From an uncultured Candidatus Poseidoniales archaeon (GTDB lineage: Archaea > Thermoplasmatota > Poseidoniia > Poseidoniales > Thalassarchaeaceae): DNA of 64,000 bases. Position numbers and translations under genes: made by a program. Below are positions 33,493-43,742 of the stretch, piece by piece; position 1 is the first letter of the stretch, and the number at the start of each line of letters is the position of its first letter. The notes beneath the pieces are model-generated. The model worked only from the letters and a program-made list of their open reading frames with translations, searched no databases and was not told the origin of the DNA. The DNA lies in the NCBI GenBank assembly GCA_902593945.1, contig CACJKA010000001.1:19316-83315 (forward strand), in the 5' to 3' direction.

Positions 33493-34353
33493 ATGCCCAG
33501 CATGGCCATGAATTACCTGGCTGTAATCGCTTTAGTCCTGCTATCAGCAGCCATAATTCTGATATTCTGGGTGTGGTCTAGAATAAGGCACTTAACTCCA
33601 TCTAATGATTTATCTTGGGTAAATGAAAACAAATTTACGGCATATGCAGAAATAGAAGGAGATGATGTATTATTAAAAAATGTCAGAGATTTTAACTGGA
33701 GAACGACAAAAGATTATGACGAAAGTTGGGTTGAAAAGAAATTTAAGATATCTGAATGTACTAAGATCTGGTTAGTATTGGAATATTTTTATCCAACCAG
33801 AAGACCCGTTGCACATACTTTACTAAGTTTTGAGTTTGAAAATGGAGAAAGAATATCATGTTCAATAGAAGTCAGAAGAGAACCCGGAGAAAAGTTTAGT
33901 CCTGTAAAAGGACTACTGAGAGAGTTTGAAATAATGTATGTATGGGCTACTGAGGAAGATGTAATCGGCGTAAGAAGTAGATGCAGAAAATCAGAAACAC
34001 ATCTTTTTGAAGCAGTTATTTTAGGTGAAGGAAATCAGTGTAGAATGCTGGAATCATATTTGATGAGAACCAACGATCTACATAAAAAACCTGAATTCTA
34101 TAACAGCATATTTAACAATTGCACTACAAATATTGCATCACATGTTAATGATGTATATCCTGGAAGAATACCACGTGCAATTGGAGTGATATTGCCTGGT
34201 TTAAGTCCAAAATTACTCAGTAGAAATAATTTGGTAAAATTAAGAGGTGGGAGTATTAAAGAAGAAATGAAAATTAATCAAATTGAAGAAAGGGCTAGGT
34301 CTTGGAATGGGGAAAGTGACTTTGGAGAAACTATCAGAAATGTGGAGTCTTGA
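33493..34353 (+). CDS. Membrane-anchored DUF4105-like protein
   Basis: The start is placed at MPSMAMNY, downstream of the tRNA. There is a single N-terminal TM helix, and the NNCTTN motif is reminiscent of DUF4105. Confidence 0.4.
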   Translation: MPSMAMNYLAVIALVLLSAAIILIFWVWSRIRHLTPSNDLSWVNENKFTAYAEIEGDDVLLKNVRDFNWRTTKDYDESWVEKKFKISECTKIWLVLEYFYPTRRPVAHTLLSFEFENGERISCSIEVRREPGEKFSPVKGLLREFEIMYVWATEEDVIGVRSRCRKSETHLFEAVILGEGNQCRMLESYLMRTNDLHKKPEFYNSIFNNCTTNIASHVNDVYPGRIPRAIGVILPGLSPKLLSRNNLVKLRGGSIKEEMKINQIEERARSWNGESDFGETIRNVES

Positions 34354-34389
34354 CAAAAGTATTCAACAACTACCCAACTATCGAAGAAT

Positions 34390-35583
34390 GTGGAACGGAT
34401 TGAACCTATGACTCCAAGAGGAGTTTTTGAATATAGATTACCTCCTTCTAAGAGTCATATGATTAGAGAATTGATGCTTGCATCTAAATCGACAACAAAT
34501 ACGGAGATAATTTTTAATGGAACTCCCGGAGATGACATAATTTCAATGAAAGATTGTTTGGAATTGATGGGTGTCGAAATTATAAAAGAGGAAGGGAAAT
34601 GGACAATAATACCTCCAAAGAACGGTTTAATTGCGCCTAAAGAGAATATTAATTGTGGAAATTCAGGTACAGTTGCTAAAATAATGAGTGTGATAGCCGC
34701 AACTTTTGAATCTGAAATTACAATAGACGGAGACCGATCACTACGGAAAAGAAGTAATGTTGAATTATCTAAATGTCTAAGAGAAATGGGGTGTGAAGTT
34801 TCAGGAGATAGTTTTCCCTGTAAAATTAAAGGGCCGATGAAATTTCGGAATAATTTAGAAATAGATGTTTCAAAATCAAGTCAACCAATCACTGCTCTGA
34901 TACTATCTTCGTCTGACTTTAAAGATAAAATGTGTGTGAAACTATTAGGTAAGGGAGTTAGTAAAGGATACCTAGAATTAACTATCGATTTGGCTAGAAA
35001 GTGGGGTTTAAAAACCGAATTAAAAAATAGTTCTATTGAATTATATAATTGGAATGTGAAGTCACCCGGCGTCGTGAGAATTCCAAGTGAGATAAGCCTC
35101 TACCCAATGGCTATATTATTGGATAAACTACATTGCAATCTACAAGTTAAAGTACAGAAAGATGATCCTGATAATCTACTATCATCGACCCTTGATGATT
35201 TAGAAATACCTGAACTAGAAATATTAAACCTTGTAAATGCAAGCGATATCATTACCCCAGCGGCAGTATTAATGGCTATTTCAAATGGGGGAGAGATAGT
35301 TGGAGTTGAGCATAGTAAAGGCAAAGAATCTGATAGAATTATTAAGACATGTGAATTATTAAGTGAATTTTCTATGAAATGTGAATCAAAAAAAGATGGA
35401 GTGAAATTGATAGGAAGAGATGTTCCAAAAAGGCCTGAAAGAATTGTAAAAACACATATGGATCATAGATTAGCTATGACAGCTGTAATTCTAGCAACAT
35501 ACTGTGGGGCAGAAATAGATGATGTAGAAATAATAAATGTAACACATCCTGAATTTATGAGTATGATAGCAAAACTAAGATAA
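34390..35583 (+). CDS. aroA: 3-phosphoshikimate 1-carboxyvinyltransferase (EPSP synthase)
   Basis: PPSKSHMIR matches the EPSPS N-terminal PxSKS motif, and CGNSGT fits the G-N-(A/S)-GT loop. The length is 397 aa. The true start may be at MTPRG (34408). Confidence 0.7.
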   Translation: MERIEPMTPRGVFEYRLPPSKSHMIRELMLASKSTTNTEIIFNGTPGDDIISMKDCLELMGVEIIKEEGKWTIIPPKNGLIAPKENINCGNSGTVAKIMSVIAATFESEITIDGDRSLRKRSNVELSKCLREMGCEVSGDSFPCKIKGPMKFRNNLEIDVSKSSQPITALILSSSDFKDKMCVKLLGKGVSKGYLELTIDLARKWGLKTELKNSSIELYNWNVKSPGVVRIPSEISLYPMAILLDKLHCNLQVKVQKDDPDNLLSSTLDDLEIPELEILNLVNASDIITPAAVLMAISNGGEIVGVEHSKGKESDRIIKTCELLSEFSMKCESKKDGVKLIGRDVPKRPERIVKTHMDHRLAMTAVILATYCGAEIDDVEIINVTHPEFMSMIAKLR

Positions 35584-35584
35584 T

Positions 35585-37534
35585 TTAACCATGTCTTCCA
35601 AAATGCTTGTCAAGATGATTTTGAGATAACTTGAGAATTGTTGGACGACCATGAACGCAGGCCCATGGATTTGGGACTGTTCTCATGTCGAGTAATAAAC
35701 GTCTCATTTCAGCTAAATTTAATTCCTGATTTGCCTTAACTGAACCACGGCAAGACTTCATGAAAGCAACTTTGTCACGTAATTTTTCAACCGTATCAAT
35801 TCCTCTAGATTCTGGCTGAGAAGAGATATCAATCAATATATCATGAATAAAATCAACTAATCCCAAATCGCCAATCAGAACGTCAGGTACAGATTCTATA
35901 ACTATCTGTCCATTCGATTCATTAAATCGGATACCTAATTCAAGTAATCTATCAGAATTGGAACGTGCAGCAGATAGTTCTCTTGCACCTAGAGAAATGA
36001 CTACAGGATTAATTAACTCCTGAGGAGACCAGTTTACCATTGATGAACGCAGTCTTTCATATCTGATTCTTTCGTGTAATGCATGCTGATCAACTATGAA
36101 TAATTCACCGTCGCCTTCAGCTAATATGTATGAATCTGAGAATTGCGAAAGAACATTCATTTTAGGCAAATCAGGTATTATTGCAGCATTAGATGGAGGT
36201 TCATCAATAGGAGAAACTGATTCTCCGCCTACTGAAAAACGATGTAATTTCCGTTCTTCAGATGATAGAGACTTAGAAATGGGTTCGGAATCTAATCCCG
36301 GTAAAGTTTGCTGTTCTAAATCATTAGATTCAGACGTAGGTTTTGATACTGTAACCTTGTCATTAGAAGTTCTTATGCTACTAAAGTGTGTTTGTATTTT
36401 TTCTTTTTTACTTACTTGCGCCCAAGATGGCACGAATTGTTCGGAATCTTTCTCATCTTCATTTACATCAATATTTATTCCTTCTAAAATTGTCAAATCC
36501 TTAAATTCGGGTTGTGTTGAAATCTTACTTAATGTATATTTTATACTCCTCTCTAATCTCTCTAAGACTCTCCATGAATTTTGTAATCTAACTTCCCTCT
36601 TGGTTGGGTGTACATTTACATCTACCTCATCGGTGGGAAGATTCAGAGATAATACTCCGATAGGATGCCTCCCTACCATTAACCTAGTATGATATCCACG
36701 TCTGATTGACTGTAAAAATGGGCCAGGATTTACAGGCCTACCATTTACTAATACATGAATATCATCAGAACGGGACCGAGATATCCCCGGTGGAGATATC
36801 CAACCATCCCAATTTTCTCTACCAGGAGCATCTTTATCAACTTCCGAAGATTCAAGAGGGATTAATTTGGAAGAAGTAGTTCCAAATAAATCGTATAATC
36901 TGTCTTCCATACTATCACAAGGCGGACAATCTAATACCGTACGGCCATCTATCTCAACTAAGATACCTACTTTTGATTCACTTAGAGCCAGAGAAATTGC
37001 TATATCTACTATTGCAGAATTTTCAGTAGAGGGCCTTCTTTGGAAAGATAAGCGAGCTGGTATTTTTTGAAACAAATGTTGAACATCAACTTTCGTCCCT
37101 GGGGGGACACTTGTCAATTCAATATCCTCTACCAATCCATTGTCAACTGTTATAGAAAAACCTTCAGAACCTCTAACCTTACTTGAAAGGGTCATTTTAC
37201 TAACTGCAGCAATTGAAGCCAAGGCTTCACCACGAAATCCTTTGGTAACAATTGTTCTCAAATCTTCTGATGAAGAAATTTTGCTAGTTGCATGTCTCTT
37301 GATAGCAAGTTTTAGCTCTTCTTTAGGTATACCATGGCCATCATCAATTACTGAAATTCGGGAGAATCCTCCATTCACAATTTCAATTCTTATCTTCTTA
37401 CTACCAGAATCGATAGAGTTTTCAACTAATTCTTTGACAACCTGTGCTGGCCTCTCAACAACCTCTCCTGCTGCAATTTGATCAATAGTTAATTCATCAA
37501 GTTGTTGAATTGGAAGACGGGAAGAATCAGACAT
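35585..37534 (-). CDS. mutL: DNA mismatch repair protein MutL
   Basis: An N-terminal GHKL ATPase (ELVENSIDSG, DDGHGI) is followed by a C-terminal dimerisation/endonuclease region with a DQHALHERI-like motif. Confidence 0.9.
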   Translation of the reverse strand: MSDSSRLPIQQLDELTIDQIAAGEVVERPAQVVKELVENSIDSGSKKIRIEIVNGGFSRISVIDDGHGIPKEELKLAIKRHATSKISSSEDLRTIVTKGFRGEALASIAAVSKMTLSSKVRGSEGFSITVDNGLVEDIELTSVPPGTKVDVQHLFQKIPARLSFQRRPSTENSAIVDIAISLALSESKVGILVEIDGRTVLDCPPCDSMEDRLYDLFGTTSSKLIPLESSEVDKDAPGRENWDGWISPPGISRSRSDDIHVLVNGRPVNPGPFLQSIRRGYHTRLMVGRHPIGVLSLNLPTDEVDVNVHPTKREVRLQNSWRVLERLERSIKYTLSKISTQPEFKDLTILEGINIDVNEDEKDSEQFVPSWAQVSKKEKIQTHFSSIRTSNDKVTVSKPTSESNDLEQQTLPGLDSEPISKSLSSEERKLHRFSVGGESVSPIDEPPSNAAIIPDLPKMNVLSQFSDSYILAEGDGELFIVDQHALHERIRYERLRSSMVNWSPQELINPVVISLGARELSAARSNSDRLLELGIRFNESNGQIVIESVPDVLIGDLGLVDFIHDILIDISSQPESRGIDTVEKLRDKVAFMKSCRGSVKANQELNLAEMRRLLLDMRTVPNPWACVHGRPTILKLSQNHLDKHFGRHG

Positions 37535-37538
37535 TTGA

Positions 37539-40247
37539 TTACTCCATTAAGTCATAGTATTGAGAATTCTTCAGAGAATCAATCATCGCATAAAGTACTT
37601 CTTGAGACTCTCTAGGGCTAAGATTATCTGGGTCAATTGATCTTAATCTTTCTGCAATTTCTTTTAACATAGGGTCAATAATTACCTCTTCTTTGATTAT
37701 AGGTAAATTAGATTCAGAAATCTCTTCATTTACAATCACATTAGGATTTGAGTTAAGCATCCACCCGTAAATACTTGATTGCCCATCGGGCCTAGAATCG
37801 GGAGATTTGTTAGAACCTGCTTTGGCGCCCTGAGCCTGACTCTCAAGAAAAATCAGTAAATCTCTAGCTCTTTCAACTACTGAAATTGGAAGACCCGCTA
37901 ATGCTGCAACTTGTACACCGTAAGATTGATCACATGAACCCTCAGAAATAGTATGTAGGAAGCGTATTTCGCCATTAATATCTGCTACCTGAACATGGAT
38001 ATTTCTCAAATTTTCAAACTCATTTTCTAAGCCTATTAATTGGTGATAATGAGTTGCAAATAAGGTTCTTGCACCTAACCTACGACAAATATCTTCTGTA
38101 ACAGACCAAGCAATTGCCAGACCATCAAAGGTTGATGTACCTCTACCAATTTCGTCAAGGAGAATCAGACTTTTTCCAGTTGCACGCCTCAGTATATGGG
38201 CTACCTCTATCATCTCCATCATGAAAGTTGAACGCCCGCGACGTAAATCGTCGTGTGCTCCAACTCTTGTGAAAACTCTATCAATAATACCAATTTTTGC
38301 TTTTTCAGCAGGTACAAAAGAACCAGCCTGAGCTAGTATCGAAATTAATGCTGTTTGACGAAGATAGGTTGACTTCCCTCCCATATTTGGGCCAGTCAAT
38401 AACAAAAAACTTCTTTTTTCATCGATTCTAACATCATTTGGTACAAATCTGCCATCAGACTCTAGAACCGGATGCCTTCCTGAAACAATCTCAATCTTAT
38501 TTCCTGCAGTGATTTCGGGTTTACACCAAGAATTTTTCCTTCCATGAATGGCAAAGGAACAAATTACATCAGCAACTGCAATCTTTCTAGCAATCGTTGC
38601 AAGTTCTGAAGAATAATTGGATACAATGTTGCGTAAATCAATAAATAATTCTCTTTCGAGGGCTTTAGCTCTGTCATCAGCGGTCAAAATTATTTCTTCC
38701 CAAGATGCTAAATTATCAGTAGTATATCTCTCTGCATTCGTCATAGTTTGTCGGCGACGATAATGCTCTGGCACTTTATCTACATGGGATTTAGTAATCT
38801 CAATAAAGAACCCAAATTGCCTATTGTGTTTGATTTTTAAATTTGGAATGTCTAATTTCTCCCTCTCTTGAGATTCAAATTTCTTCAACCAATCGGTTCC
38901 TTCACCTGCTTTTTCTCTAAGATCGTCTAATTTCTTATCAACTCCAAATCTAAATATCCCTCCGTCCCTAATTGTTGCGGGTGGCTCATCTACTATCTTT
39001 TCAGAGATTAAATCATTAATTTCGGATAAATTATCTAATCCTATAGATGATTGATGTAAAAGTTCTGAATTACCTTCACTAAGAAGTGATTGTATTTTTT
39101 TCATACGGCCGAGGCATTCTGAAATTGCAACTAAATCTCTAGCATTAGCTCTACCATATGCCAAACGGGTTGAGAGTCTTTCTAAATCTCTCATAGATTT
39201 TAGTGACTCACGAATTGAATCAAGCCTTCTAGGGGCTTTGAATAAACTACTTACTGCTGAGTGCCTTAAACTAATTTCCTCTTTATTTGTCAATGGCCTC
39301 ATAATCCACTCTTTGAGTAACCTTCTACCCATCCAAGTCCTTGTCGAATCAATGGATTGTAATAGCGAACCTTGTTTTTCGCCGACTAAAGTATGGCTTA
39401 ACTCTAAATTTCTCAGCGTAGTTTGATCGAGAACTAAATGCCCATCGTCCGCATCAAAGTGAAGTTCACGAAGAGGAACTGTGTCAATTAAATGTAAATT
39501 TGATATGTATCTAGCAGCGAGTCCGCATGCTTGTAATGCTAAAGGTTTAGAGTCTAAATCGACACTTCCAAGATCTGAAACTTTCAAATGTTCACGCAGC
39601 GCCTGTAACATTTGTTTAGGATTTGCATCATGAACGCTAAGAATTACATCATCTAGATTAGAAATAAGCGATAAAATAGAGTCTGAAGATGCATCCTTCT
39701 TTGATACAACTAATTCACTTGGAGACCACCTCTGAATCTCATCTTTAATCCTCTCCCATCGCCCTGCTCCTGATTGCTCCTGAATCCAGGAACGACCCGT
39801 GGATGAATCTAAAATAGCCATGCCAACTATATCGTCTTTAACAGATAATGATGCTAAAATACTTGAGCCATCTTCTCCAATTAGATTCTCTTCATATAAT
39901 GAGCCAGGAGTGTACACTCTAGTAACTACTCTTTCAAGAATTTTAGAACCAGGACGTAATTCTTCTTCTTGTTCACACATTGTAACTTTGTGGCCAGCCC
40001 GTAACATTGACTGTAGATATGACTCTACAGAATGCCAAGGAACACCCGCCATTGGCACTGGATTTTCAGAATTCTTATCACGGCTTGTCAAAGTTATACC
40101 AAGAACTTCTGATGCTAAAACAGCATCATCATAGAACATCTCATAAAAATCGCCCATTCTAAAAAATAGCACGGTATCAGGGTGCTGAGCCTTTATTTCT
40201 GCAAATTGATCTAACATTGACCTCTTCGCCATATCTAATACATCCAA
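37539..40247 (-). CDS. mutS: DNA mismatch repair protein MutS
   Basis: The N-terminal mismatch-binding region (FYEMFYDDA) and the ABC ATPase motifs (GPNMGGKST, DEIGRGTSTFDG) are present. The product is 902 aa and lies directly upstream of mutL. Confidence 0.95.
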   Translation of the reverse strand: MDVLDMAKRSMLDQFAEIKAQHPDTVLFFRMGDFYEMFYDDAVLASEVLGITLTSRDKNSENPVPMAGVPWHSVESYLQSMLRAGHKVTMCEQEEELRPGSKILERVVTRVYTPGSLYEENLIGEDGSSILASLSVKDDIVGMAILDSSTGRSWIQEQSGAGRWERIKDEIQRWSPSELVVSKKDASSDSILSLISNLDDVILSVHDANPKQMLQALREHLKVSDLGSVDLDSKPLALQACGLAARYISNLHLIDTVPLRELHFDADDGHLVLDQTTLRNLELSHTLVGEKQGSLLQSIDSTRTWMGRRLLKEWIMRPLTNKEEISLRHSAVSSLFKAPRRLDSIRESLKSMRDLERLSTRLAYGRANARDLVAISECLGRMKKIQSLLSEGNSELLHQSSIGLDNLSEINDLISEKIVDEPPATIRDGGIFRFGVDKKLDDLREKAGEGTDWLKKFESQEREKLDIPNLKIKHNRQFGFFIEITKSHVDKVPEHYRRRQTMTNAERYTTDNLASWEEIILTADDRAKALERELFIDLRNIVSNYSSELATIARKIAVADVICSFAIHGRKNSWCKPEITAGNKIEIVSGRHPVLESDGRFVPNDVRIDEKRSFLLLTGPNMGGKSTYLRQTALISILAQAGSFVPAEKAKIGIIDRVFTRVGAHDDLRRGRSTFMMEMIEVAHILRRATGKSLILLDEIGRGTSTFDGLAIAWSVTEDICRRLGARTLFATHYHQLIGLENEFENLRNIHVQVADINGEIRFLHTISEGSCDQSYGVQVAALAGLPISVVERARDLLIFLESQAQGAKAGSNKSPDSRPDGQSSIYGWMLNSNPNVIVNEEISESNLPIIKEEVIIDPMLKEIAERLRSIDPDNLSPRESQEVLYAMIDSLKNSQYYDLME

Positions 40248-40380
40248 TGCTCACACCCGAGCGTGGGTTTGTCCACAAAGCGGGGGGTGCATAAGCAAAT
40301 CGCCTGTAATCTCAAGGAAGATACCAAATGTCGATAGGACTACAGATAAATTAGTTGAAGTTCTCGGACACCATAGAAGA

Positions 40381-41331
40381 GTGTTTTTTATGTTAAAAGA
40401 AAATAACATTAAGACTCACTTTTTGATGATTTTAGTAGCAGTAATTTGGGGTTTATCGTGGGCAATTGGTAGAATTCTCTCATTAGAGATTCCTCCTATG
40501 ACGGGAGCTTGGCTTAGATATATCTTAACAATTATAATATTCTACATCTGGTTTCTAATGCTAAAGATCAAAGGAGATAAAGTAAGATGGCTTCCTGATA
40601 GTAGAAATACATTCAGAAGTTTAGTAATTATAGGATTTACTGGTGTTTTATGCTATCAATTTTTCTTTATGTATGGAATGTATTACACCGCTGCAGGAGA
40701 TGCTTCTCTCATCATTACATTCAATCCCATTTTTACTGTAATCTTAGCCGCACCATTACTTGGACAGGAGATTTCTAGAAAGATGTTTCTAGGCTTATTT
40801 TGTGGATTAATAGGTGTCGGAATTGTTACAGGATGGAGCCCAAATACACAGATTGATTTTGAAGATAGAATTTTAGGAGATTTTTTAATCCTGTGTGCTT
40901 CATTCTCTTGGGCAACTACGACTAATATGACAAAAAGATTGATGGATGGAAGAGATGGCGTCAATAATTATACCTCATTAGAAATTGTTGTTTGGTATTC
41001 ATTAATTGGAACAATAATGATGACTCCTTTTGTAGTATATGATATATGGATAAATGGGCTAATTCTACCGACTAGAGAGGGGTGGTTGGCAATTGTATAC
41101 TTAGGTGCCTTCTCAACTGTTCTAGCATATTACTGGTTTACAATTGGAATCGAGAAATTAGGGGCTACCGCTGCTTCTTCATATATTTTCTTAGTGCCTC
41201 TATTTGGGATTCTTGGAGGATGGTGGTTACTAGAAGAAAATCTAGGATACTCAATAATTATTGGTTTTATAATGATTCTAATGGGGGTAAGAATTGTTCA
41301 AATTGAGAGTATGAGATTAAAGACTTCTTGA
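40381..41331 (+). CDS. EamA/DMT-family transporter
   Basis: It has about 10 TM helices arranged as two EamA-like halves, and is 316 aa. Confidence 0.65.
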   Translation: MFFMLKENNIKTHFLMILVAVIWGLSWAIGRILSLEIPPMTGAWLRYILTIIIFYIWFLMLKIKGDKVRWLPDSRNTFRSLVIIGFTGVLCYQFFFMYGMYYTAAGDASLIITFNPIFTVILAAPLLGQEISRKMFLGLFCGLIGVGIVTGWSPNTQIDFEDRILGDFLILCASFSWATTTNMTKRLMDGRDGVNNYTSLEIVVWYSLIGTIMMTPFVVYDIWINGLILPTREGWLAIVYLGAFSTVLAYYWFTIGIEKLGATAASSYIFLVPLFGILGGWWLLEENLGYSIIIGFIMILMGVRIVQIESMRLKTS

Positions 41332-41415
41332 TTTCATAATTAAGAAAAGATAATTTCTCCTGCTCACTTATCATTAAATACGGTAGGCCAGTCGGCCGAA
41401 GTCGAGGTTGTTCAA

Positions 41416-41952
41416 ATGGCACGTAAGCCCGCATCCATGTACCGCCGACTTAAGGGTCAGGCATTTACTAGACGCCAGTACACTGGAGGTGTACCTAATA
41501 ATCGAATTCTGCGTTATTTCATGGGCAACAGAAAGAAAGCTGAAGCAGGAGGTTTTCCTGTAAAAGTATCTTTGTTAGCAGATAATTCATGCCAAATACA
41601 AGATAAAGCATTAGAAGCAGCTCGTCAAGTTGCAAATGCTAGAATTAGAGGTGCTGCTGGAGAAAACTATGCTCTAAGAATGCATACTTATCCACATCAA
41701 ATTCTTCGTGAAAATAAACAAGCAACTGGTGCGGGAGCAGATCGTGTATCTCAAGGAATGAGACAAGCTTTTGGGAAGAATGTAGGTACTGCTGCAAGAG
41801 TTCAAAGAGGCCAAACTGTCATTTCCATAGTAACTACTCCAGAACATTACATTGTTGCAAGAGATGCATTGCGTAAGGCAAACTGTAAATTTCCAACACC
41901 TTGTACAATCAAGGTTGTTGAAGGTTCCGAGCATTTGAAAGGACTCGTCTGA
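41416..41952 (+). CDS. rpl10e: 50S ribosomal protein L10e (uL16)
   Basis: MARKPASMYRR...YTGGVP is the canonical L10e N-terminus. Confidence 0.9.
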   Translation: MARKPASMYRRLKGQAFTRRQYTGGVPNNRILRYFMGNRKKAEAGGFPVKVSLLADNSCQIQDKALEAARQVANARIRGAAGENYALRMHTYPHQILRENKQATGAGADRVSQGMRQAFGKNVGTAARVQRGQTVISIVTTPEHYIVARDALRKANCKFPTPCTIKVVEGSEHLKGLV

Positions 41953-41964
41953 GTGTGGTGGGGC

Positions 41965-42543
41965 ATGATGCCCGAAGATTCTCTATCAATCTTACACGAA
42001 TCGCTACGTGGTTCACCAATTATTTGGAAGGGCGAATACCCTTACTTCATTCATCCAATTTCAGATGGTATCCCAAGAATGAATGCTGAAGTATTACGCG
42101 CTACAAGAGATTTAATTGTTGAAAGTGTAGATTGGACAAAAATTGATTTGATCGTAACTGTAGAAGCTATGGGGCTCCCGCTTTTGGCAGCAGTAGGAGA
42201 GGCGACCGGCATACCTACGGTAGTAATTCGTAAACGTTCTTATGGAATGGAAGGCGAAACAAGAGTTGATGTAGCAACTGGGTATTCTCAATCTACCGTA
42301 TATATTAATGATATTAAACCGGGTGAAAGAATTCTGATAGTAGATGATGTGATTTCAACTGGTGGGACATTAGAGCCACTACTAGAAACTCTAGAAAATA
42401 TGGGAGTAATTCTCCAAGATATAGTGATAGCAATTGAAAAAGGAAATGGTCGTGAAAGACTGAATAAAGAAAGACCTGAGTGGCCAATAAGGTCTCTCGC
42501 AAGAATTGATATTATTGACGGAAAAGTAGAGATTGTAGATTAA
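41965..42543 (+). CDS. Purine phosphoribosyltransferase (archaeal Hpt/Apt-like, type I PRTase)
   Basis: The PRPP-binding motif ILIVDDVISTGGTL is present. The start is placed at the ATG encoding MMPEDS; the ORF track begins at a GTG at 41953. Confidence 0.6.
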   Translation: MMPEDSLSILHESLRGSPIIWKGEYPYFIHPISDGIPRMNAEVLRATRDLIVESVDWTKIDLIVTVEAMGLPLLAAVGEATGIPTVVIRKRSYGMEGETRVDVATGYSQSTVYINDIKPGERILIVDDVISTGGTLEPLLETLENMGVILQDIVIAIEKGNGRERLNKERPEWPIRSLARIDIIDGKVEIVD

Positions 42544-42555
42544 TGTGGTGAGAAA

Positions 42556-43662
42556 TTGGATTTGGAAAAACATAATTTCGAGTTAGATGATTTAATCAAT
42601 CGCATTAAACAAAATGACCATCGTCTTGTAGCGTTACAAGTCCCTGAGGGATTAAAAATGCAGGCTTTGGATATGATAGACCAAATAGAAACAGAGACTT
42701 CAGCTAGAGTTGTCCTTTCAGCTGACCCTTGCTATGGAGCATGCGACTTAGTTCACGACAAAATGCAAAATATTGGAGCAGAGTTAGTAGCACACATGGG
42801 ACATTCTCAAATGAATATTGACTCAGGTATGCCTACACAGTTCATACCAGTTACATATGATGGAAGTCCAGAAATCGCACCAGTTCTACCTTATCTACAT
42901 GCTCATCGGGAAATTGCCATTAGTAGATTAAATGATTCATCAGGACCAGTATTATCTGAACTTGAGGCCTTAGATCGATTTGAGGATATGGTTGGTAGAG
43001 TAGCACCCCTGACAGATACAAAACTTGGTTTGGTAGGCAGTATACAACACTTACACTTACTTCCTACTTTTAAGAAGCATTTTGAAGATGCTGGATTTGA
43101 TGTTACAATCCCAGTTGGAGGAGCAAGGTTATCCTTACCCGGTCAAGTCTTAGGATGTAATTATTCAGGAGATGACCCGACCGTTGGGCACTACATATTC
43201 TTAGGAAGCGGAGATTTTCACCCTATTGGATTAGTCTTACACACTGGAAAACCTCTCGCAATGTTGGATCCTTACAGCGGAGATGCAAAGGAAATGGGTA
43301 GAGAGAGAATTGAGAGAATTCTAAGGCAACGTTCAGGATTAATAATGTCTTCAATGGACAAAAATAGATTTGGGATACTAATAGGTTCTAAGCCGGGTCA
43401 AATGAGAAGAAATTTAGCACTAAGGATGAAAAGAAAGCTTGAGAAACATGGGAAAAAAGGTTTTTTACTATCACTGGAGCATGTTGGACCAGAATTAATT
43501 GATTTTTATCCAGTTGATGTTTTTGTCAATACCGCCTGTCCGCGAATAGCAATAGATGATGCTGTGAAATATTCTAAACCAATGATAACCCCTTATGAAC
43601 TAGAAGTTGCTCTTGGGGAAAAGAAATGGGAAAATGGTTATCAATTTGATGAAATACCGTGA
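42556..43662 (+). CDS. dph2: Diphthamide biosynthesis protein Dph2 (2-(3-amino-3-carboxypropyl)histidine synthase)
   Basis: VALQVPEGL...DPCYGACD matches the Dph2 N-terminal signature, and the length fits. The start codon is TTG. Confidence 0.8.
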   Translation: MDLEKHNFELDDLINRIKQNDHRLVALQVPEGLKMQALDMIDQIETETSARVVLSADPCYGACDLVHDKMQNIGAELVAHMGHSQMNIDSGMPTQFIPVTYDGSPEIAPVLPYLHAHREIAISRLNDSSGPVLSELEALDRFEDMVGRVAPLTDTKLGLVGSIQHLHLLPTFKKHFEDAGFDVTIPVGGARLSLPGQVLGCNYSGDDPTVGHYIFLGSGDFHPIGLVLHTGKPLAMLDPYSGDAKEMGRERIERILRQRSGLIMSSMDKNRFGILIGSKPGQMRRNLALRMKRKLEKHGKKGFLLSLEHVGPELIDFYPVDVFVNTACPRIAIDDAVKYSKPMITPYELEVALGEKKWENGYQFDEIP

Positions 43663-43742
43663 GAATATCATTATTTAAAAATTAAAAAAAACTGATAAAG
43701 TTTCAGGATAGGTCTAAGAACGACCGAATAAAGAACGTACTG

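Noticed and set aside
33376-34353. tRNA-Ser as a possible genomic-island integration site
   Set aside because: There is no integrase, direct repeat of the tRNA 3' end, or compositional shift downstream. The flanking genes (gyrA, aroA, mutL) are core housekeeping genes.
40255-40290. A partial inverted repeat (CACCCGAGCGTGGG) upstream of mutS
   Set aside because: The arms are not actually complementary on inspection (CCCGAG versus CGTGGG), so there is no hairpin.
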